Below the pieces are notes generated by a model. That model saw only the letters and a program-made list of their open reading frames with translations, made no database searches and was not told the DNA's origin. From Candidatus Eremiobacteria bacterium (GTDB taxonomy: Bacteria; Vulcanimicrobiota; Vulcanimicrobiia; Vulcanimicrobiales; Vulcanimicrobiaceae): a stretch of 64,000 nucleotides of DNA. Of this stretch, positions 53,131-62,169 are shown piece by piece. A program made the position numbers and the translations under genes. The DNA is taken from the NCBI GenBank assembly GCA_963758295.1, contig CAVWUU010000001.1, forward strand, positions 224,001 through 288,000. Reading direction: 5' to 3'. The first letter of the stretch is position 1. The number at the start of each line of letters is the position of its first letter.

Positions 53131-54344
53131 GAGGGCTTCTCGTCAATACGCACGGCCGTTTCCTCCTGGGCAGGCGCGAGCTTCGCGCCGCTTCCGCCAT
53201 TGCGCTTGACGATGTACATTTCGCGGTCCGCCGCTTGCAGCAGGGCGCGCGCGTTTTGGGCGGCGTTGGGATACGTTGCCACGCCGACGCTTGCGTTGAC
53301 GTAGATCCGCCGCTCGTCCACGATGAGGGGCTCGTCGAAGCTGCGCAGCAGCTTCCGCGCCGCATCGAGCGCGGCCGCCTCGGTATAAAGATCTTCAACC
53401 AGGACCACGAACTCGTCGCCGCCGATGCGGCCGACGGTGTCGGTTGCGCGGACGTTGCGGTTCAGGCGTTCGGCGACGCTTTCGAGGACTGCGTCGCCGA
53501 AAGCGTGGCCGTGCGCGTCGTTCAGGGCTTTGAAATCGTCGAGATCTAGGAACAGAACGGCGCACTTGCGTTCGATGCGCTGCGCTCGAACCAGCGCCTG
53601 TGAAAGCCGTTCCTGGATAGCCGCGCGGTTCGGTAACCCGGTAAGCGGGTCGTGCAAGGCCAGATCGGAAAGCTGCGCTTCCCGATCTTTCAGATCGCTG
53701 ATATCGATGATCGTGCCGATCCGCGCAAGGGCGATGCCGCGCTCATCGACGAGCGTACGAACGCGCTCGCGTACCGTTCGTACGCGGCTGTCTTCTCCGA
53801 GGATGCGATGATCGCAGACGTACTCATCGCCGCTTTGCGCCGCGAGCTCGTGGGCGATCCGCTCGCGCTCCTCGTCGTGATCGAAACTTCTAATATCGAA
53901 GGGCTGCGCGTGCTGATCGATGCCGAGCAGTGCCGCGAGGCCTTCCGATATCGCCACGGCGCCCGTGCGCAAATCTTCGTGCCATGTGCCCATTCCGGCA
54001 AATCGTTCGGCATGGCGGAGCGTTTCGGACTGGAGCGGAGAGTGTTGCTGGATTTCGACCGCCCGTCCCGCCACGCCGACCGTTAGCCCTCTCAAATCTT
54101 CGAGCGGCTGCAGCTCGAACCGGAACGTTCCGGAACCCACGGTTGCCTCGAAGGCGAGATGCTCGCCGTCCAAAGCCCAATGGTGTGCGACCGTTGCGAC
54201 ATTGAAAGGGTCGTCGTTTCCCCAGAGATCGCTCACGTGAAGAGCGGAGTCGATCCCGATTCCTGCAAGGCCGCGCAGCCGAGCCGTAAGCGACGTGACC
54301 TGCAGATTCCTATCGGTTGTCCAGACCATGGCCTGGTCGTGCAT
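53073..54344 (-). CDS. PAS-containing diguanylate cyclase
   Basis: HDPLTGLPNR, DLDDFKALND, RATD I-site, GGDEF. Confidence 0.92.
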   Translation of the reverse strand: MHDQAMVWTTDRNLQVTSLTARLRGLAGIGIDSALHVSDLWGNDDPFNVATVAHHWALDGEHLAFEATVGSGTFRFELQPLEDLRGLTVGVAGRAVEIQQHSPLQSETLRHAERFAGMGTWHEDLRTGAVAISEGLAALLGIDQHAQPFDIRSFDHDEERERIAHELAAQSGDEYVCDHRILGEDSRVRTVRERVRTLVDERGIALARIGTIIDISDLKDREAQLSDLALHDPLTGLPNRAAIQERLSQALVRAQRIERKCAVLFLDLDDFKALNDAHGHAFGDAVLESVAERLNRNVRATDTVGRIGGDEFVVLVEDLYTEAAALDAARKLLRSFDEPLIVDERRIYVNASVGVATYPNAAQNARALLQAADREMYIVKRNGGSGAKLAPAQEETAVRIDEKPSCPVRYSRDHRHFATRESA

Positions 54345-54390
54345 TCCGCAATCCTTTTTCGTAAGCGAATCTCTGGTGTGCTTATCCTAG

Positions 54391-54556
54391 CGAGACCGCA
54401 CCCCGTGGAGCATCCGTGGAAACCCCTGACCTTTGAACCATCACCGGCTTCGCGTACCCCTGGGGAGCTTGCTTGGAATGGGAAGCCGGGCAACCTCTTC
54501 TGGTGTGAAGTCTCGGGAACGCAGAAGGGGACGGTGCTCGCATCGTCCCCTTCGTT
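54391..54556 (+). ncRNA. Candidate structured non-coding RNA
   Basis: Nested pairings CGAGAC/GTCTCG, CGCACC/GGTGTG, CCGGCTTC/GAAGCCGG plus a 3' hairpin; G.U pairs favour the plus strand. Confidence 0.4.
54524..54553. terminator. Strong hairpin, probable terminator
   Basis: GAAGGGGACGGTGC-tc-GCATCGTCCCCTTC. Confidence 0.7.
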
Positions 54557-54574
54557 CAGTCGCGCGTTGTCTGC

Positions 54575-54886
54575 CTACTTACCAGAGGCATGTTCCTCCC
54601 ACCGCTGCTTCGCGCGCCTTCCGAACAGGCCAACGATGCGGCCGTTCAGGCGCTCCCGCGTCGCCGGAGACAATATTCTTGTGACGACGAGCAACATATA
54701 TAGTTGCACGAACGCATATGGCAAGTTAATTGCCGGTTCGCGTCGCGCGAGCACGAACCAGCTGAATACGAAAAGCACGATGCAGGCAGCGATGCTTATG
54801 AAGCGGCGATATCGCACCACTATGATGAGGCCGTTCGCGAGCACAAGCACCGCCGTCACATCGCGGACAAGTTCATGCAAAGACAT
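54575..54886 (-). CDS. Small membrane protein (about 3 TM, basic tail)
   Basis: Hydrophobic 103-aa ORF starting 5 nt after the stop of the Tat lipoprotein gene. Confidence 0.6.
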   Translation of the reverse strand: MSLHELVRDVTAVLVLANGLIIVVRYRRFISIAACIVLFVFSWFVLARREPAINLPYAFVQLYMLLVVTRILSPATRERLNGRIVGLFGRRAKQRWEEHASGK

Positions 54887-54891
54887 CCGGG

Positions 54892-55293
54892 CTAAGTGCC
54901 TTTCATGCACGTGACGTATAAGTAAACCATGTCAATGCCGGCGCCGATCCCTGCGGCCGCTAGCACGGCCGGCAAATCGATGGCCGACGCACATGCGATT
55001 AGCACGTCGGCGAATCCAGCGAGAGACACCGAGCCTGCGATGACGCCTCTCGCGGCAGCGATCAAGGCGGTACATGCTTGCTGCCCGCGTATGGACGCCG
55101 TTTGGAAAACCGCGTAGGCGTTTAATTTATAAAGCGCTTCGTCCAGGATAGAATCGGGCGTTATTCGCGGGGATGACACGAGCGATTGTGGTGCCGGGCC
55201 TCCGCAAGCCGCGAGCGCAAGTCCACTCAAGCCCCAGGCATTGTTCCGAAGAAACACGCGCCGGATCCCACAAAATCGTTCAAAGCAACGCAT
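54892..55293 (-). CDS. Tat-signal lipoprotein with hydrophobic Ala/Gly/Cys-rich C-terminus (start uncertain)
   Basis: RRVFLR...LALAAC (twin-Arg plus lipobox); the start may be TTG 55283 if one C is missing. Confidence 0.6.
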   Translation of the reverse strand: MRCFERFCGIRRVFLRNNAWGLSGLALAACGGPAPQSLVSSPRITPDSILDEALYKLNAYAVFQTASIRGQQACTALIAAARGVIAGSVSLAGFADVLIACASAIDLPAVLAAAGIGAGIDMVYLYVTCMKGT

Positions 55294-55543
55294 CCTCTCG
55301 TAGCAAAGCAGAACGACGATGAGCGCGCGCTTAATCAACCACGCATGTTACGCTTCGACGATCGCACCCACCGTCGAATGATCACCATACGAAGGTATGC
55401 TACAAGACGCCTTCTGTTGCTCGGCGATTAGGCTAAAAGTGAATGTGAGCCAATTTAAGATCTCAAAGGATACGCGGGTGCCTTCGGCGTGACGGCCGCC
55501 TACGCCTCACCGGATACACGCGAAAATTTTTCCGCGTACCCCC

Positions 55544-55587
55544 TTGACGCTGCGTACCACTGTGCTATTGTACTAGTGTACTAGTAC
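55544..55587 (+). promoter_or_regulatory. Sigma70 promoter with overlapping YtrA/GntR-type operator
   Basis: TTGACG-16-TATTGT with extended TG; perfect inverted repeat GTACTAGT-gt-ACTAGTAC (55570-55587). Confidence 0.8.
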
Positions 55588-55627
55588 GACATGAGACTGG
55601 TACGGCAACGAAAGAAAGAAGAACGCC

Positions 55628-55738
55628 ATGACCCGCTTCATCAACCGCCCCGAAGAAAATGAAGTCCGCGAAGCCCGCGTCCGCATCCCCTACCAGATGA
55701 GCGCCCCAATTTTCCAGGGCTGGGGACCGAAGTTCTAA
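55628..55738 (+). CDS. Small peptide (36 aa) with FxGWGPK motif, first cistron of the GntR-ABC operon
   Basis: Manual translation MTRFINRPEENEVREARVRIPYQMSAPIFQGWGPKF; purine-rich leader; host-like codon usage; stop 7 nt before gntR. Confidence 0.7.
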   Translation: MTRFINRPEENEVREARVRIPYQMSAPIFQGWGPKF

Positions 55739-55745
55739 GCCGCCA

Positions 55746-56144
55746 ATGCCCGTAGTACTGACGGTCGACCCCCGCAGCGGGGTGCCGATTTACCTCCAAG
55801 TGATCGATCAGATCAAACGCTCGGTGGCAATAGGCATCCTCATGGCGGGCGAGCAGCTCCCAACCGTCAAGCAGCTCGCGCTCGATCTAACGATCAACCC
55901 GAACACCGTCGCGAAAGCCTACCGAGAGCTGGAGCGCGATGGGGTTATAGAGACGGCAGCCGGCCGCGGTTCGTTCGTCCGCAGCAACGGCCACGTCGAT
56001 ACGACGAAGGCCGCCGCGAAAGACGTAGCTCGCGATTCGCTGGAAACCGCCGTGCGCGAAGCAAAGTCCATCGGCCTCAACGCCGACGAGATTCGATCCT
56101 TGATGAATGCTGCAATCGACCGGTGGTTCCAGGAGGGGCAATGA
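55746..56144 (+). CDS. GntR-family (YtrA-like) regulator
   Basis: PIYLQVIDQIK, LPTVKQLA..L.INPNTVAKAYRELE, GRGSFV; short C-terminal domain. Confidence 0.93.
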   Translation: MPVVLTVDPRSGVPIYLQVIDQIKRSVAIGILMAGEQLPTVKQLALDLTINPNTVAKAYRELERDGVIETAAGRGSFVRSNGHVDTTKAAAKDVARDSLETAVREAKSIGLNADEIRSLMNAAIDRWFQEGQ

Positions 56145-57051
56145 GCACGATCACGATTCAAAATTTGCGAAAAACCTATGGCAAGTACGTTGCCGTGGAC
56201 GATTTTTCGGTCACGATCCCGGAAGGCACCGTGTTCGGATTGCTTGGTCCCAACGGCGCCGGTAAAACGACTACCTTCAAGTGCATGCTCGGACTCGCTA
56301 ACCCCGACTCCGGCTCGGTACGCTACGACGGCAAGACGCTCGTTCCCGAAACGTTCGAGCGCATCGCGTACGTGCCGGAAAAAAGCGTGCTCTACGAATG
56401 GATGACGGTAGCCGAACACGTCGAGATGCAGCGGCGTTCGTACCGCAGCTTCTCCGTGAAGCAAGCACAAGATTTACTTGCGCAGTTCGGAATCGATCTG
56501 CGCAAGAAGACGCGCGCGCTCTCTAAAGGAATGCGCACCGCGACCCAAGTGGCGCTTGCAGTTTCGCGCCAAGCCGACATTTTGATCCTCGACGAGCCGA
56601 CGAGCGGGCTGGATCCGATCAACCAGCGCCACGTTTTGAACCTGATCATCAACGAAGCATCGCGCGGCGCAACGGTCATCTTCTCGTCGCATCAAATCGG
56701 CCAAGTCGAACGCGCTGCCGAAAACATCGCGGTTATCGATCGCGGACGCCTGGCGCTCGAGGGAACCATCGACGATCTCAAAGCGGATCGCAAGATCGTC
56801 AAGGGCATCTTCCCAAGCGAGACCTACGCACTGGACGGTATTTCGGCCGACACCCGAGTCGCGCGCGTGGATCGTAGCGGCCGGATCGTGCGCCTCTTGG
56901 TGAACGAAGGCGCCCGGATCTCGCTGCAAAGATCGAATCCCTCGGCGCCGGCGGCGTGCGCATTGTGGATTTGAATCTCGAAGACATTTTCTTATATGCA
57001 GTCGCTCCTTCGGAGCAGACGGCCGACGTCGTTGAGGAATCGCCTAAATGA
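56141..57051 (+). CDS. ABC transporter ATP-binding protein (YtrB-like), frameshifted near 56914
   Basis: GPNGAGKTT, LSKGM, LDEPTSGLD, SSH; adding one C restores ...LNLEDIFL...PK* with an ATGA overlap to the permease. Confidence 0.92.
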
Positions 57052-58070
57052 CCTATGTTGAATGGCTACGCGTACGCAACGTGCTGCGCGTGCTGGCCAT
57101 CGTCCTCGGTATCTTGATCGCGATCTCGCTCGTGTTGCGAATTTCGTTCAACCGGTACATCACCGATGACAACGCGTTCATCCAACACGTGACGATGGCG
57201 AAGGGTGCCAGAGTCGCGCATGAAGTGCTCCCGGGCGGGATCAATCGTACGCACATCGACGATCCGGGCGACAATACGCACATCATCGTGGACGATCTCG
57301 GCTATGGCGGCCGGCACATCGTAATTACCGAGCCGCGAAAGAACTCCACGCATCACGGCGATCACGTAACGATCGGCAGTGTGGAAGTCAAAGAAACCGA
57401 AAACGCCGACACGACTACGACGGTCATCGACACCAACAGTTCCGTGCCGTTCCTCTACTATATGATGATTGCCGATATCATGGCCTTCGTAATCGCAACC
57501 GTCTTAGGCGCACCCTTCGCCCGTGAAAACGACGGCCACCTGGAGTATGCGCTCACCAAACCGGTTTCACGCATAGGGTTTGCGTTCCAGACGATGGGCG
57601 TGGACATCGTAGGCATCGTCGCCGCATCCCTTATGACCATCGTCGCCCTCGTCATCTGCCAATCGATGTTCGAAGTTCCGCACTTTGACTTCAGCGGCGT
57701 GAATCTGCAGGCAATTCTAATCGGTATCGCGGCACCGCTTGCATGGTACGCCATGCTCAACGCCGCGAGCGCATCCTTGCGGCGGGGCTATGGTGCCGTG
57801 CTCGGATTCGCGTGGCCGGTGGCCATTCTAATAACGGTGTTTGGCACGATCTCTTGGGGCGACTCGCTGGTAGGAGGCGCCGTGCATAACATCTTCTGGA
57901 CGATCTCGCGTATCGATCCCCTTACGTACATTTCGACGCCATCGCAGCGCGAAGCAATGCATGGGACGCTCGTAGCGCCGTACTTCGGTATCCGTATCAC
58001 TCTCGAATGTTTGCTCTTCCTCGTTTATATGACGCTCGCGCTCTTTCAATGGCGCCGCGTGGAGGCGTAA
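57048..58070 (+). CDS. ABC-2-type permease with extracytoplasmic loop
   Basis: ENDGHLEYALTKPVSR motif; about 6 TM segments. Confidence 0.85.
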   Translation: MTYVEWLRVRNVLRVLAIVLGILIAISLVLRISFNRYITDDNAFIQHVTMAKGARVAHEVLPGGINRTHIDDPGDNTHIIVDDLGYGGRHIVITEPRKNSTHHGDHVTIGSVEVKETENADTTTTVIDTNSSVPFLYYMMIADIMAFVIATVLGAPFARENDGHLEYALTKPVSRIGFAFQTMGVDIVGIVAASLMTIVALVICQSMFEVPHFDFSGVNLQAILIGIAAPLAWYAMLNAASASLRRGYGAVLGFAWPVAILITVFGTISWGDSLVGGAVHNIFWTISRIDPLTYISTPSQREAMHGTLVAPYFGIRITLECLLFLVYMTLALFQWRRVEA

Positions 58071-58075
58071 CGCAA

Positions 58076-58237
58076 ATGGAAATCCTCGGTACGAATTTTG
58101 CAATCACCCTAGGCTCGTGGCGCGTGCGCTTCTGCTTCGCGGTAGAAGACGTGGATGCACCGGCGCCGGCAAAGGTCAAGCCTCCGCATCGCGTGCGGAT
58201 CGTTCCCGAAGACGACTATGCCGGGCGCAACTTCTAG
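58076..58237 (+). CDS. Small protein (53 aa), last cistron of the ABC operon
   Basis: GGAGG RBS; MEILGTNFAITLGSWRVRFCFAVEDVDAPAPAKVKPPHRVRIVPEDDYAGRNF. Confidence 0.65.
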   Translation: MEILGTNFAITLGSWRVRFCFAVEDVDAPAPAKVKPPHRVRIVPEDDYAGRNF

Positions 58238-58248
58238 CGCGGAATCGG

Positions 58249-59401
58249 TTAGACGACGAAGCCCGTCGCGATGGCGGGCTTCTCGAACCGGAAGCCGTCA
58301 GCTCTGACGGAGTAAAAGTAGACGTTCGGGATCGTCGCGTCGCCGGCGAAATTGAACGAGTACTGGCCGACGATCGTGTTGTAGGTTGCGGGGCGCTGAA
58401 GGTTGGAAAGCAGCGCCTGGCGGTTCACGGAGTTGAAGCGTTGAACGATCGACAATCACGATCTGTGCCGCCGCGTAACCGTACGCGGAGAACGCGGAGA
58501 TCGATCCCGCGAAGTGCTGGAAGTCGTTGAAGATCTGAAAGATCGACGGGACTTTGTCCAGCGGCGGGAACGACGACGCGACGAACGCGCCGTCTAGGGC
58601 TTTCGCGAACTTGTCGATTGTCGTTTGCGTGTAAAACCCGTCGCTCGCACCGAAGTCGCCTTTATAGCCGGCCGCGCGTAACGTCTCGGCGAACGGACCC
58701 AGGCGATCGGCTTTTCCGCATAAGAAAACGTAGGACGGCGCGCGTTTTAGGAGATCTTCCGAAACGCTCCCGGGATCGAAGCCGTTCGGTAAGGTCATTT
58801 GCGAAGCGTCGTGCTTATCGGACTTCGCTTGATCCACGTATGCGCGGGCCGTTTCCGACCCGTAATCTCCCTCGACGGTAACGGCGATTGTTGAAATCGT
58901 CTTGTGCCGCGGAAGCACGGTGCGCGCGAAAAGCATGCCTTCGGACGAGTCCTTCGTCGGCAGACGGAAGATGTTTCGAAATCCGCGCGATGTAATTGAA
59001 TCAGCAGTTACCGATGGGACAATCAGGGCGAAGTTTGCATTCGCATACTGCGGCAGCGCCTGCAACGTTACGTCGGCCGTAAGATTGCCGATCATCGCGA
59101 TGATGCTCGGATCTGCAGCCGCAATTGAAACGTTTGCGGTGGCGATCGCGCCGGAGTTTTGATCGTCGAAAGTACGAATGCCGAACGCGAGCTGCAGCCC
59201 GGAAGTGAAACGGTTCGTCTCGTCGATTGCCGCTTCGACGCCTTTTGCCACTTCGCGTCCGTAGTTCGCGAGCGGTCCCGACATGGGCACGCTTACGCCG
59301 ATCGTGACCTGCCGAAGCTGCGTGGAGGGATAGAACTGCGCTCGCGCGATAGCGGGCGTCAGTGCCGCCGCAGATCCCGCGAGAAACGAACGACGCCGCA
59401 T
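58249..59401 (-). CDS. Tat-exported LivJ-type ABC substrate-binding protein, frameshifted near 58455
   Basis: MRRRSFLAG, IGVSVPMSG, FDDQ, YGYAAAQI; the C-terminus TIVGQYSFNFAGD is in the adjacent frame. Confidence 0.85.
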
Positions 59402-60258
59402 CAGCGGACCAGAAAGCCGGCGATGGTTGCGGCTAAGAAGACGAGCGAAAACGTCATATTGCCGGTGAATATACGTTCGTTGAGGACGAAAAGGTTCTCC
59501 GAGAGCCCGAAGAGCCGGTCTTCGTAGACCGTCAGCGCGAGCGCGGCGGCGACCCCGGCATAATACGGCCACCCGGCTTGCGCTAAGATGCCTGCGGCCG
59601 CAAGAAAGAGGACCATCACGACATGCAGCACGATGGGAAGCCAGCGCCCCGAGCGTTCCCCGAAACGCGCGGGCAGCGAATTGATGCCTTCGGCTCTATC
59701 GACGGCTACGTCCATCAAAGCATAAATGACGTCGAATCCGGCAACCCAAACGGTCACGGCGCCGAAGAGCAAGAACGCGCTCGCGTTGACGGTGCCGGTT
59801 ATGCCGATGTATGCGCCGAGCGGCGCAAGGCCGTCGACAGCGCCCAGAACGAAATGGACGAGCCAGGTGAAGCGCTTGCAAAGCGGATAGATCAATACGC
59901 CGAGCGCTGCGACCGGCATAAGCTTTACGCAAAGCGGATTGAGCATCCACGCCGAGAGCAGCAGAAGCGCAAATCCCAGCGCGATCGCCCAAAGCATGAC
60001 GCCGGGCGAGAGCGCCCCGCTTGCGACCGCGCGACGTGCCGTGCGCGGATTCTTGGCGTCTATGTCGCGATCGAAGTACCGGTTCGCCGCCATCGCGGCC
60101 GTGCGTGCGCCAAAAACGGCGAGCGTGATCCAAACCACCGCCCAAAGCGACGGAATGCCGTGGGCTGCGAAAGCGGCACCAACGTAGGCGAAGGGCATTG
60201 CAAAGAGCGTGTGCTCGATGCGAATCTCTTTCAGAAAAACTTTGACGGTATCGGTCAT
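59401..60258 (-). CDS. UbiA-family polyprenyltransferase (MqnP-like)
   Basis: EHTLFAMPF, NRYFDRDIDAKNPRT, GFDVIYALMD. Confidence 0.9.
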   Translation of the reverse strand: MTDTVKVFLKEIRIEHTLFAMPFAYVGAAFAAHGIPSLWAVVWITLAVFGARTAAMAANRYFDRDIDAKNPRTARRAVASGALSPGVMLWAIALGFALLLLSAWMLNPLCVKLMPVAALGVLIYPLCKRFTWLVHFVLGAVDGLAPLGAYIGITGTVNASAFLLFGAVTVWVAGFDVIYALMDVAVDRAEGINSLPARFGERSGRWLPIVLHVVMVLFLAAAGILAQAGWPYYAGVAAALALTVYEDRLFGLSENLFVLNERIFTGNMTFSLVFLAATIAGFLVR

Positions 60259-61790
60259 TCTTTACTCGGGCCGCTTCGTGAACGCATGAGACGATCGTAA
60301 GCGGCGGGGCCTTGTCCCGACCACGCGTCTGCGCTAAGCGATTTAGCGATCTTGTCTAAACCGTATTCGCGCCAGCGCTCGCTTACGAGCGCGCGCGTTT
60401 TGCCGTTCATTTCGATGTCGGGCGGCCATTCGCGTTGATAGCCTTCTGCGGCACTCTTGCGGGTTGCGTCGATGCCGATCTTCGTTCCATAAGCCATGTT
60501 GTAAGAACCGTGATCGAGATCGTCGACCGGACCCGGCATCGTCACGACGTCGCGGTCGGGAGCAAGATTGTTCAGCACAAACCACGCGACGCTGCGGACG
60601 TCTTGAACGTCCACGTCCTCGTCGACGACCACGAGGACGCGCGTCAACATCATCATGTGGCCCAAGCCCCATAGCGCGTTCATCACTTTTTTTGCGTGAC
60701 CGGGGTATTGCTTTTTGATCGAGACGATGGCGAGATTGTGGAAGCCGCCTTCCACGGGAAGATTCATGTCGATGACTTCCGGAAGCACCATCTGCAGCAG
60801 CGGCAAGAAAAGCCGTTCGGTCGCCTTGCCGATCCAAGCGTCTTCCATCGGCGGCTTTCCGACCACCGTCGCTGCGTAAATCGGATCGCGCCGGTGTGTG
60901 ATGCACGTGACGTGAAACGTTGGATAGAGGTCGGCAAGACTGTAGACGCCGGTGTGGTCGCCGAACGGTCCTTCGGTACGCAGGTCTTTGTTGTCGACGT
61001 AGCCCTCGAGCACGAACTCCGCGCTCGCCGGGACGCGCAAATCGACGGTTTTAGCCTGGACCAATTCGACCGGCTTTCCGCGCAGCAATCCCGCGAACGC
61101 GAATTCGTCGAACACCGGCGGGAGCGGGGCCGTTGCGGCGTACGTAATCGCCGGATCGCTTCCGATCGCGACTGCAACGGGAATCTTGTCGCCCCACGCG
61201 TCGGCGTGCGCGCGTCCTTGTTTGTGCCGTTGCCAATGCATGCCGGTTTCTCGCGCATTGTACACCTGCATCCGGTACATGCCGACGTTTGGACGGTTCG
61301 TTCTTGGATCTTTGGTAATCACAAGCGGCAGCGTAATGAACGGGCCGCCGTCCATTGGCCACGTCGTCAACACCGGCAACTTCGTCAAGTCCGGATTTCG
61401 GATTACCACTTCTTGACACCGGGCATCCCGCACGATCTTCGGAACCGCATTTAAGAGCGGCGCGAATTGCTTGAGCGCGCCCAGTTTTTCACCGAGCGAC
61501 GGGCCGGGCGGCGTAATTTCCAGCATGCGGCGCAGACGCGCAGCAACTTCGTCAAGCGAGCGCGCATCGAACGCCATGGCCATGCGGCGCTGCGAGCCGA
61601 ACTGATTCGTGAGAACGGCAAAACGGCTGCCCTTTACCTTCGTGAAAAGCAGTGCCGGACCGCCGGCTTTTACCACTCGGTCGGTAATTTCAGCGATCTC
61701 GAGATACGGATCGACGGCGGCACCGATAACGTGCAGCTCGCCGGCTTTGCGCAACGCTTCAACATACGAGCGCAACGAATCAAACGGCAT
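60255..61790 (-). CDS. UbiD-family menaquinone biosynthesis decarboxylase (MqnL-like)
   Basis: EIAEITDRV, NVGMYRMQ, EGPFGDHTG, GKPPMED, KIGIDAT. Confidence 0.92.
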   Translation of the reverse strand: MPFDSLRSYVEALRKAGELHVIGAAVDPYLEIAEITDRVVKAGGPALLFTKVKGSRFAVLTNQFGSQRRMAMAFDARSLDEVAARLRRMLEITPPGPSLGEKLGALKQFAPLLNAVPKIVRDARCQEVVIRNPDLTKLPVLTTWPMDGGPFITLPLVITKDPRTNRPNVGMYRMQVYNARETGMHWQRHKQGRAHADAWGDKIPVAVAIGSDPAITYAATAPLPPVFDEFAFAGLLRGKPVELVQAKTVDLRVPASAEFVLEGYVDNKDLRTEGPFGDHTGVYSLADLYPTFHVTCITHRRDPIYAATVVGKPPMEDAWIGKATERLFLPLLQMVLPEVIDMNLPVEGGFHNLAIVSIKKQYPGHAKKVMNALWGLGHMMMLTRVLVVVDEDVDVQDVRSVAWFVLNNLAPDRDVVTMPGPVDDLDHGSYNMAYGTKIGIDATRKSAAEGYQREWPPDIEMNGKTRALVSERWREYGLDKIAKSLSADAWSGQGPAAYDRLMRSRSGPSKE

Positions 61791-61887
61791 TGGACTCTAC
61801 TTAGGGCCGTCCCCGCCTTTGTCATCCCTCGAGCCGCATCTACAAAAGTCGGTCGGAAAGCGCCGCCGTGCCGGAGAAGGATGCGGC

Positions 61888-62169
61888 ATGCAATTCTTAG
61901 CCGTCTGCCGCCGCCGCACCGAAGCGTTCTCCGAAGAGCAGTTTGCGAAGCTTCTTGACGCCGAAGCCGCGCGCGTCCGCGAACTCTATGCCGAGGGCTT
62001 CATCCGCTCGGCCTGGAGCCGGGGTGACGTTCTCGGGGCATGCCTGGTGCTGGAATCCGCGGCCATTGACGAAGCAGATGCAAAAATGCGCACGTTGCCG
62101 CTGTACGCGGCGGATATGCTCGACGTTGAGCTCATCCCGCTGCGCGGCTACCGAGGATTCTGTCCGTAA
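61888..62169 (+). CDS. Muconolactone delta-isomerase-like small protein
   Basis: AEAARVRELYAEG...W...TLPL; GAGAAGGA RBS. Confidence 0.7.
   Translation: MQFLAVCRRRTEAFSEEQFAKLLDAEAARVRELYAEGFIRSAWSRGDVLGACLVLESAAIDEADAKMRTLPLYAADMLDVELIPLRGYRGFCP

Noticed and set aside
54345..54560. c-di-GMP riboswitch upstream of the GGDEF gene
   Set aside because: No class I or class II consensus could be matched, and the G.U pairs favour the opposite strand
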